A stretch of 64,000 nucleotides of DNA. Source: a virus. The position numbers and the translations under genes were made by a program. Positions 56,536-64,000 of the stretch are shown piece by piece (position 1 is the stretch's first letter; each line of letters opens with the position of its first letter). The notes under the pieces are model-generated. The model did no database searches, had not been told where the DNA came from, and saw only the letters and a program-made list of their open reading frames with translations. Where the stretch lies: positions 1 to 64,000 of IMG/VR virus record IMGVR_UViG_3300010413_000005. One strand, given 5' to 3'.

Positions 56536-57932
56536 CTTCTGTCCTCAACTTCCTTCTCCCGGATTCTCATCTTGTGATATTCAGCGAGCGCCGGAACGAT
56601 CTTGCCGGATTCTCCGTCGCGATGTTTCGCTATGAACAAATCGAGCGCTTTCTCCGGTCCTTCTTCCGGAGCTTCAAATTCCTCGTCAATCTCTTCGTCG
56701 TCTTCGGTGACCTTGACTTCTTTCTTCCTGTTCTGTTTGCCGTAATCCGGATCGTTCACGCTGATAATCAAGTCGGCAATTCGAGCCTTGTCGTAGCTTT
56801 CGGCCGTCCCTTCAGCCATAGCCGTTTTATCAGCCCACTGAGAACCAGCGTGAACGCTGGAATATATGGCGTATCCTTCGTCTTCTCCTAACCCCTTGGC
56901 TCTCCAATAAACCTCAGATTGCTGCAGCCGAAATTTCTCTCCTCTCATATTCGTGGCCAATATGTGATCCAACGAATCGAAACAAATCAACTTCGGCCGC
57001 CAACCGTCGAATTGTTCTTTCAAATCCTCCAAAAGCGTAATCACGTCTTCGAACGTTGCGGACCGGACCGGGAACGAGGCGATTTTCAATTTGTTATTGA
57101 ACTTCTTGGCCATCTTTTTGTAGCGCTTATCGATGGCTCGAGCGTCCTGCGGTGTGAGATTGTAACCCTTCAAATCCTTGTAGTTCATTCCCAACCACAA
57201 AGCATCAGCTCGAGTCGCGACCTGGCGCGCCGGCATTTCGAACGGTATCACAAGAGTCTCATATCCCTGCTTTATCGAGTGGTACGCCAGATTGTTGAGA
57301 GCGATCGATTTGCCTTTACCGGTCGTTCCCATTATCAGACCCAACTCTCCTATTCGCAACCCCTTTGTTATATTGTCTATCGTCTTCCATCCGGTCATTA
57401 TCGCTGTTACTTCGTCCGGATGTTCTCTTTCGTATTTTCTGGCGTCTTGACGATCGTAAAACTCCTCTACCCAATTGATCAGAGTGTACTTTCTCTCCTC
57501 AACTTTCTTTTTGCTGGCTTCTCCGAAAACCTTGTAAACGTCGTCCAAGTCTCCGTCTTCGAGATGTTTTGCCCCCTGTTCCAAAGCCAGCTGCGCGTTT
57601 ACATACAAAACGAATTTCTTCAATCGCTCGAGCGCCAATTTCGGATTATCCGCGCGTTTCTTGGCTATCCTCTTCACCGCTTGCAGATGGGATAGTCTCT
57701 CCTCTTGTTTCCTGCGGAAGTTCTCCTTGGCTATGGCCATGTACATTTTCGGAGTCGGAGTCTCTCCGAATTGCGTCAAAGAGTATCTCAACACGCTCCA
57801 AATCCAAGAGCGCTCCTTGCTTCCGAAATGATGAGCGTCGCAGATCCGGATGGCCTGTTTCGCGTACGCCTTGTCGCGCATCGCACAAGCTAAGATGGTT
57901 TCTTCAAACTCTTTATCGAACTTACGATCCAT
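56532..57932 (-). CDS. dnaB: DnaB-like replicative helicase
   Basis: TGW..ID, GTTGKGKS, FEM, FDSLD, IAKHRDG. Confidence 0.92.
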   Translation of the reverse strand: MDRKFDKEFEETILACAMRDKAYAKQAIRICDAHHFGSKERSWIWSVLRYSLTQFGETPTPKMYMAIAKENFRRKQEERLSHLQAVKRIAKKRADNPKLALERLKKFVLYVNAQLALEQGAKHLEDGDLDDVYKVFGEASKKKVEERKYTLINWVEEFYDRQDARKYEREHPDEVTAIMTGWKTIDNITKGLRIGELGLIMGTTGKGKSIALNNLAYHSIKQGYETLVIPFEMPARQVATRADALWLGMNYKDLKGYNLTPQDARAIDKRYKKMAKKFNNKLKIASFPVRSATFEDVITLLEDLKEQFDGWRPKLICFDSLDHILATNMRGEKFRLQQSEVYWRAKGLGEDEGYAIYSSVHAGSQWADKTAMAEGTAESYDKARIADLIISVNDPDYGKQNRKKEVKVTEDDEEIDEEFEAPEEGPEKALDLFIAKHRDGESGKIVPALAEYHKMRIREKEVEDRR

Positions 57933-58605
57933 TATATCCCATAGATTTGGACATTTCTGTTGCTTCTTTGGTTCTGTAATCTCCTCCTAACATTTCCACT
58001 GTTTTATATTTCCCAGTAAGCATTGAGCTGATCGTCGGACCGTACGATTCACGCAGATCCTTTTCACTGAGATTGGAAGCCAACAACGTAGGGAAAGCGT
58101 TGTCGTATCTGTTCTTCAACAGAGCTTCCAAACGAGAAGCCAAGAACCCACTTTTCGAAGTGTGCTCTTTGCCCAGCTCGTCTATGAACAGAAAATCGGA
58201 GTTCAAACAATATCGCAACAGTTCGGCCGCGACCGGACTGTCGAATCCGATTTTGATATTGGTATCCAAATCGCTCAAAGTGGTGTAATAAATCCTGTAC
58301 CCTACTCGGACCGCTCTTCCCAAGATGTAACAGCCGAACATGGTTTTTCCGTTGCCGTTATCGCCCACGAATAGCAATCCGTATCCATTGTTGTACGCTC
58401 TGTGTAGTTTATTCTTGTATTTGAGCACTACCGACTGAAAGATATCCACGTTGTGTGTGACGTCCGACGATTTGACGTACCAATGAATCGATGGAACACA
58501 ACCCCTGTAAAGAGCCAAGTCGTATCTGTGTTTTGAGTTCTTCAGGTTGTATTTTCTGTCCATCGCGAACGATAGGACTTCGCTATCACTTCTCATTCGA
58601 ATCAC
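57922..58605 (-). CDS. DnaC/IstB-like helicase loader ATPase
   Basis: GDNGNGKT, LFIDELGKE, RY, ASN, DYR. Confidence 0.9.
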   Translation of the reverse strand: MIRMRSDSEVLSFAMDRKYNLKNSKHRYDLALYRGCVPSIHWYVKSSDVTHNVDIFQSVVLKYKNKLHRAYNNGYGLLFVGDNGNGKTMFGCYILGRAVRVGYRIYYTTLSDLDTNIKIGFDSPVAAELLRYCLNSDFLFIDELGKEHTSKSGFLASRLEALLKNRYDNAFPTLLASNLSEKDLRESYGPTISSMLTGKYKTVEMLGGDYRTKEATEMSKSMGYNGS

Positions 58606-60184
58606 CTAGGTTTTTCACCGCCCAATTGACAATCGGACGCAATGTCGGAGACATAAATATCTTATTTCCGTTACGCACGCTGTCTGCCATACTCTGAATC
58701 GTCGCCAAAAAACGGTCGCTGTACAACGTCGAATCCAACCCCAATGATCTTATGCCTTCGCGCAATCGCTCGTCTAGCGAATTCGTATCTGCGAATGTAT
58801 TTTTGATTTTTTCCCTTGGTTTATCGCTCTTTTTGCGTTTATCCAGATTGGCGCAAGCCACCTGGTCTATCATCGCCGGAGACTTGAGTATGGACACCGG
58901 AGGTATGGTCAAGCCTTTTCTCGCGAAGGAGCCTATATGTTCGTGCCAATACTCGAGAACTTGCCGCGGAGTCACCCCCTTCTCGATGCACAACACTCCG
59001 GCCTCTTCCGCATATGACTTCTCCTTGTCTGGAAGCACAGAAGGAAACGAGATCGGCCGGCCCTGCGATACTTCGGCCGCGCGGCGATACCGGACGTAGA
59101 TTCTCGAGAACTCCACTCCCAGTTTGGCGATCAGTTTCTTGCGTGAGTTGTCACGTTTCGATTTGCTCAATATCCGGAGCATGCGCGGTCGCTCTTTGCT
59201 GTTCGGATCGAACGACACGCTCGGGTGTCCCCTCTGGTCCAGATTCTCGAAGCGAATTTCTTTACCTCGACGCAAGTCGAGTTCGGCAACTTGTTGCCGA
59301 AGGTTTCTCCTCCCAGAATCAGCACGTTTCTTCTCCGAAGAAACGAGTACTTTAAATTTGTTTAAATTTAATTTACTTAAATTACTTAAATTTAAATTAG
59401 TTAAATTAGGGGATCCAAGGGGAGCGACTTTAGTCCCTTCCGAGTTGTTTTCAGATTGTTTGTTTTCAACAACTCGATTCGTTTGTTGTAAGTATCCGTC
59501 TTCTTTGGTGAATTTCCTTCTTTTTATCAATTTTTCTTCAACTTTTATTGTATTCCGAATTGTTGATAAATCGCCAGATAGTAAATACAAATTATCTTGA
59601 TTATTAGTGGTTATATTTTCTATTAGCATTGAATTGTTGTCGTATGTTTTATAATGATGTAATCGATCGCGTAATACGCAAACATAAAATTGTCCCGCGT
59701 AATCATAATAAGTTGTATTTGCAGGTTGTGTATTTCCTTTATAATATTGTAAGCGCTTCGATTGTAAAATCAATTCGGATAACGTGACGGCGCTTACATT
59801 ATTTTCTAACATGAAATTTGACAATCTAGTGACCGCGTATCCGCTCTTGATCATCAATTTTCTCTCCACTACGACTTCAGTAGGTTTGCCAGATCCGTGT
59901 GGAATGAAACTGATGTAATTCTTGCGCTCGAGTTCTCTCAATATCTGATTGCTACGACGTTGTGAATACTCCAACTTGTGTGCCAACGCCGTACGTCCGG
60001 ACTTCAACGTCTTGGAGTCGTACGTCAAAAGTTTCATCCACACTGCTAGCGCCGGACACGATAACTCTTCACAAGCGGTTTCGATATCGGCCGGACCTTC
60101 CCAAGGAAACAATTCTTTCGTAGCTTTGAAACGCGTTCCGGAGGAATGTTTCGTAGTGGAAAGTATGGGAATGTGTTTTTTCAT
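58586..60184 (-). CDS. putative replication initiator (N-terminal wHTH, AT-rich centre)
   Basis: LAHKLEYSQRRSNQILRELERKNYI wHTH; upstream of loader, helicase and primase; likely start MKKHIP. Confidence 0.65.
   Translation of the reverse strand: MKKHIPILSTTKHSSGTRFKATKELFPWEGPADIETACEELSCPALAVWMKLLTYDSKTLKSGRTALAHKLEYSQRRSNQILRELERKNYISFIPHGSGKPTEVVVERKLMIKSGYAVTRLSNFMLENNVSAVTLSELILQSKRLQYYKGNTQPANTTYYDYAGQFYVCVLRDRLHHYKTYDNNSMLIENITTNNQDNLYLLSGDLSTIRNTIKVEEKLIKRRKFTKEDGYLQQTNRVVENKQSENNSEGTKVAPLGSPNLTNLNLSNLSKLNLNKFKVLVSSEKKRADSGRRNLRQQVAELDLRRGKEIRFENLDQRGHPSVSFDPNSKERPRMLRILSKSKRDNSRKKLIAKLGVEFSRIYVRYRRAAEVSQGRPISFPSVLPDKEKSYAEEAGVLCIEKGVTPRQVLEYWHEHIGSFARKGLTIPPVSILKSPAMIDQVACANLDKRKKSDKPREKIKNTFADTNSLDERLREGIRSLGLDSTLYSDRFLATIQSMADSVRNGNKIFMSPTLRPIVNWAVKNLGDSNEK
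59351..59811. other. candidate replication origin inside the initiator gene
   Basis: Nearly pure A/T TTAAATT repeats at 59351-59408; iteron-like motifs at 59738-59760 and 59791-59811 (inverted). Confidence 0.55.
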
Positions 60185-60200
60185 TCGAGAATTAAAAGAG

Positions 60201-60236
60201 AAACGGCTCCGTGCATAGAGGAACACGGAGCCGTTT
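60201..60236. terminator. strong hairpin upstream of the initiator start
   Basis: AAACGGCTCCGTG-N10-CACGGAGCCGTTT. Confidence 0.6.
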
Positions 60237-60322
60237 CAATGGGAGATTCGAATATCTTGGTACAGTGCCTTTTGGCGATTAAGTTAGTATAGCGCTTTTC
60301 GCTCGGAGCTACTGATTTTTTT

Positions 60323-61843
60323 TTAGTCATCGGAAGATTCTTTCACAGTCACGCTGAATTCGGACTCCGAGCGATAAACCTTCAATCGCTCTTTGGAATG
60401 CTTAGTGAAGTACGAATTGGTGTGGTCCATGAAATCTATCAAGGTCGCTTCCGTTTTGCCCTCTGCGATCGTCATGTTTCTCATGCGTTGGATGGTAGCC
60501 TTGGCGTCTCTTCCACCTTCAGCGTTGATGACGCATTCGATCTCGGGAATGTCTATCCCTTCTCCGAATACGGTTCCTATCAATATGTTGAAGTCGCCGC
60601 TCAAGTAATCGTCTATCACTTCTTGTCGTTTGTGTTTTTGATGTTTGCCAACTACCACACCGTATTGTGCCCCTCTTGATTCCAAGGCGTCTACTATCAT
60701 CTGTATCTGCTCAAGGCTGTTAGAGACCACAAGGACTTTCATCCTATGGGCAAATTGATGTGCCAACGCAGCGATTCTATCATTTCGATACTCGTTCGCT
60801 ACGATACCGCGGCGCCGGAGCGTTTGACTCCATTTCATGTGAGCTATGTTGTCCGGTTTCCTGATCGGATAGACCAACACGTTTTGTCGCATGAGAAATC
60901 CGTCTTTTATGAGCCTGGAAGACGGAACGTCGATTCTAATCGGTCCGCATGAAGCTTTGAGCCAAATGACTCCCATCGACTGTTCTCTTTTATTGTCCAA
61001 TAACGCGGTCGCCGAAAGTCCTATTTTGAATCGAGCGTCGAAGTCCTGTATGGTCTTGTGCCATTCTCCGGTCCCTTTGAAATGGTGAAATTCATCAGCT
61101 ATGATAACGTCGATTCTCTTTATCAAATCGGCGTATCGCGGATCTCTGGGAACTGTCTTCCATTTGCCATGCTTGTCTTTGTAGCGCCGGCCTCTCAATA
61201 AAGTGAGCGTTTGAGCAGTCGCGACCGTAATGAACTTGGGATCGAATTCGGAGTCTCCTATGATTCCGATTTCAGTACACAAAGCTTCTTCGAGAGAGCT
61301 TATCGTTTGATACAGAAGCATTTGCGACGGAACTATGAACAGAGTCGAATGGCCTAATATGGATATGATTCGAGCAGCGGTTTTCGTTTTACCGCTTCTT
61401 ATGGGCATCTTGATGATGCCGTTGCCGAATAATCGAGCCTTTCTTATGTCCCGAGTTACCGAAAGAACTGCCTCTAATTGGTAGTTTCTCAGTTGGATGT
61501 TTTCGTTCCAATTGATTTTTCGTCGTTCTGTATGTACTTTTCTCAAGTCGACTACGTCGTAATCCACTTTCCATTCTTTCAGCACCTCCGCGACGTCTTC
61601 GAGCATTCCGATCGGGACCGTGTATCCGCGTTTTTCGCTGAAAGTCAACAAATGAGTTCGTCCATCCCAGAATCCGCTTTTGAAGCTCGGAGCGAATCGA
61701 TGCCCGGCGACCAGATAACTGGTGACTTCCTTTATGGCCTTGATCACACTGATGTGTACGCCTTCCAACGTGATCAATCGATTATCCAATATCAATCTGG
61801 GCATAGAAGTGCGACGAATTTGAAAAATAATTCGTAGTATCAC
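60323..61843 (-). CDS. SF2 DEXH helicase (UvsW-like)
   Basis: LRNYQ, RSGKT, ADEFHH, LSAT, GEGIDIP; likely start MPRLI. Confidence 0.92.
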   Translation of the reverse strand: MILRIIFQIRRTSMPRLILDNRLITLEGVHISVIKAIKEVTSYLVAGHRFAPSFKSGFWDGRTHLLTFSEKRGYTVPIGMLEDVAEVLKEWKVDYDVVDLRKVHTERRKINWNENIQLRNYQLEAVLSVTRDIRKARLFGNGIIKMPIRSGKTKTAARIISILGHSTLFIVPSQMLLYQTISSLEEALCTEIGIIGDSEFDPKFITVATAQTLTLLRGRRYKDKHGKWKTVPRDPRYADLIKRIDVIIADEFHHFKGTGEWHKTIQDFDARFKIGLSATALLDNKREQSMGVIWLKASCGPIRIDVPSSRLIKDGFLMRQNVLVYPIRKPDNIAHMKWSQTLRRRGIVANEYRNDRIAALAHQFAHRMKVLVVSNSLEQIQMIVDALESRGAQYGVVVGKHQKHKRQEVIDDYLSGDFNILIGTVFGEGIDIPEIECVINAEGGRDAKATIQRMRNMTIAEGKTEATLIDFMDHTNSYFTKHSKERLKVYRSESEFSVTVKESSDD

Positions 61844-61886
61844 GCGCGTCTAGCGCGATATGAAATTAATTAGCGCGAACGGAAAA

Positions 61887-62024
61887 TTATTCTGAAGTGA
61901 CTTGTTCTACTTTGTCTTTGGTTTTTTCTGCGTCGTCGGAGCTAAGATATCCTAATGAATACAGAATTGAGATGGCAGCGGTGATTACCGCGGCGATTAT
62001 CGCGCTAATTTGCTTCTTACTCAT
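61887..62024 (-). CDS. 45-aa membrane peptide (not in the ORF track)
   Basis: AGGAGGAG RBS; MSKKQISAIIAAVITAAISILYSLG... Confidence 0.55.
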   Translation of the reverse strand: MSKKQISAIIAAVITAAISILYSLGYLSSDDAEKTKDKVEQVTSE

Positions 62025-62025
62025 G

Positions 62026-62559
62026 TCACTCCTCCTGTTCGATTATGACCGGATGTTCTTTGTCTCGTTTGAGCATCCTTTCCGTTATTGTTTCCACGTT
62101 GTTCACATTTTCGTTATCTCTTTTCTTGTACGGATCTTCTTCGGTGCTGATTCGCGTCCACAATCTTTCGTCGTAGTGATACGGAACGGCTAGAGCTCCT
62201 TGTTCGCAATCAGCCAAGGCATGAATCGCTTCGTGCATCATGGTGTGCTTGAAAGCGGTTCCTTTCAAATCGCTGGCGATTGCTATTTCGTTTTTATCGT
62301 AAGTGGTGCAACCAGCTATCGAATCCTTGGTTCTACCGTTACAAGTTATAGGTCTGTCTTTGATTATCACATCGTAATTGAAAAGGTCCGCGTAGCACCG
62401 ATCGCTTACCCTCCATATCATCATGTCCCAAGCTGCGACCGAGATCAACATCTCGGGATATTCGACTTGTTCGCCTGGACGCAGTTCGTACGGATCCGTT
62501 TGGCAGGCGGACGATATCGCGAGCGCCAACCCGATTAGTAGTATGTTCAACTTTTTCAT
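62026..62559 (-). CDS. lipoprotein, HEXXH metallopeptidase-like
   Basis: SSAC lipobox; HEAIH. Confidence 0.7.
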   Translation of the reverse strand: MKKLNILLIGLALAISSACQTDPYELRPGEQVEYPEMLISVAAWDMMIWRVSDRCYADLFNYDVIIKDRPITCNGRTKDSIAGCTTYDKNEIAIASDLKGTAFKHTMMHEAIHALADCEQGALAVPYHYDERLWTRISTEEDPYKKRDNENVNNVETITERMLKRDKEHPVIIEQEE

Positions 62560-62586
62560 TTACAAACCTTTCTTTTATCGGCGTTA

Positions 62587-63999
62587 TCACGGAAGTGTAA
62601 CACTGGATTGTAGAACGTTATCGTTGATAACAGCTCCGGTTCCAGTATTTTGGATCGCAGGAGTCGTGGTGTATTCATTCAAACAGATATTTTCCGTTAC
62701 GATGTTATAATTTCCACTAGATAGATTGATCCAATCGTTATTGCCCATTCCGACCGAATTCGAGTTGGCAAAAAGGTGATTGGCGTGTACTCGTAATGAT
62801 TGGTGAAGCGTTCCAGCCTTGATGAATTCTCCTTCGTATTCCATGGTGAATTCGCAATTTTCTACTGATCCGCCATTGTGAAGAGAACTATCGGAGAACT
62901 CAACAAGGAATGTATTGAACGCTCCGTTCGATCCTTGGTTGTTCCTTACCTTTCTAATCTGACAATTGTGCGCGTTGCTGACCCTGATGAATGTACGTCC
63001 GTAGCTCGCGTAATTGGAAGTCGTACTTGTGAAGTACCATTGCCCTCCGTATCCGTACAAGAACAAGTCTTCTAAAACACAATGGTCGCCTGTCACCTCT
63101 ATATACGATTTACTAGTCGGTTCCGGAGGTCTTGCCGAATTGTAGAATTCGAATCTGGCGTGAATTATTTTGCAATAATCTCCTGCCATTTCTATGCAAG
63201 ATTCGACGTTGCCGCTTCCGAGAGAAGTATCGAAATCTGTCAACATCTTGAGATTCATTATCGTCGTTTCACCCTTCATGGAAAAGAACGCGAAACCAGG
63301 AGAAACGACATCCCAAGAAGTAGGAATGAAATTCAATTCGAAACCGTCTACGAAACAATCCGTAAAGCAGAAGATTGAATCATTTCCCGGTCCGGCGATA
63401 TCTCGATCCATATACACACTTTGTACGTCTATCACGAGATCTCTGATTTTGCAATCCTGGAATAAAATCCATTCGTAATTGTGAATTGTTCTTTCATCTG
63501 TGGTTCCGGTCGCCTTCCTGAATTTGCAATTGTATAGTGTTCCTTCCTTGATTTTGATCATATGATCGGTAGCGCCGCTGAATCTCATGAAAGTAGCGTT
63601 CATATTGAAGCTGCAATCAATGTAATCGACGCCTTCTGTGTCTATCATACAAGGTTGGGAGGAGTTGTCTCTGTCCGCTTCTGCGCCGGAGAAATGGCAA
63701 CCTCTGAAAGTTCTTTGAGACGTTTCGTGTGAAGTTCCAGCAGAAGAAAGAACGAGTTTTCCGCTATCCGAATACACATAACAATTCTCGAATGAAACCT
63801 TGCGATTGCCACTAGTGATGCTTATGGCCGGAGTGTAATTCGCCGTTCCTCCGGCGTCGATGACGATTACACAACCGATGAAATGCGAATCTTCTCCGTC
63901 GACTACGAGAGCATTTTGTCCTGATTCTTTTTGGATGAATGCGCAATTTACGAAAACCTTTTTTCTGGAAACTGCGTATCCGTTGTTGTACGGCGATCC
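62587..63999 (-). CDS. beta-helix protein (tail spike/fibre-like), 5' end beyond the window
   Basis: The frame is open to the window edge; repeated FxxCxF/ENCxF beta-helix rungs. Confidence 0.7.
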   Translation of the reverse strand, partial: GSPYNNGYAVSRKKVFVNCAFIQKESGQNALVVDGEDSHFIGCVIVIDAGGTANYTPAISITSGNRKVSFENCYVYSDSGKLVLSSAGTSHETSQRTFRGCHFSGAEADRDNSSQPCMIDTEGVDYIDCSFNMNATFMRFSGATDHMIKIKEGTLYNCKFRKATGTTDERTIHNYEWILFQDCKIRDLVIDVQSVYMDRDIAGPGNDSIFCFTDCFVDGFELNFIPTSWDVVSPGFAFFSMKGETTIMNLKMLTDFDTSLGSGNVESCIEMAGDYCKIIHARFEFYNSARPPEPTSKSYIEVTGDHCVLEDLFLYGYGGQWYFTSTTSNYASYGRTFIRVSNAHNCQIRKVRNNQGSNGAFNTFLVEFSDSSLHNGGSVENCEFTMEYEGEFIKAGTLHQSLRVHANHLFANSNSVGMGNNDWINLSSGNYNIVTENICLNEYTTTPAIQNTGTGAVINDNVLQSSVTLP

Positions 64000-64000
64000 T

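Noticed and set aside
49-63478. Most plus-strand ORFs in the track
   Set aside because: They are antisense to well-supported minus-strand genes and show no motifs or RBS.

Overview
This 64 kb window looks like part of a large dsDNA bacteriophage genome; the host cannot be identified from the sequence. Nearly all credible genes are on the minus strand. 0-31 kb is an accessory or early region: many small hypothetical genes, repeated sigma70-type promoter/RBS cassettes, an RpoD-like sigma factor, several methyltransferases, Tmk and Cmk kinases, and a ~1.3 kb non-coding block (6.2-7.5 kb) carrying a repeated 21-bp motif. 31-62 kb is a replication, recombination and nucleotide-metabolism module: UDG, 5'-3' exonuclease, RuvC, SbcCD, RecA, probable SSB, UvsY-like protein, HU, DnaE with an HNH intein, a second sigma-like factor, CobS/CobT-like pair, primase, DnaB, DnaC-like loader, a probable initiator with an internal AT-rich origin-like segment, and an SF2 helicase. 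The best candidate for an undescribed system is a translationally coupled operon at 45.6-50.3 kb that runs into dnaE. It encodes an FAD oxidoreductase, a dUTPase/MazG-HAD fusion, a class III PLP aminotransferase, an NMP kinase and a divergent ThyX, and I infer that it makes a modified pyrimidine nucleotide. Other highlights are the 21-bp motif shared between the non-coding block and the initiator gene, and an intein that begins with Thr. All functional calls come from reading motifs by eye; no database searches were run. I saw no tRNA, rRNA or CRISPR array.
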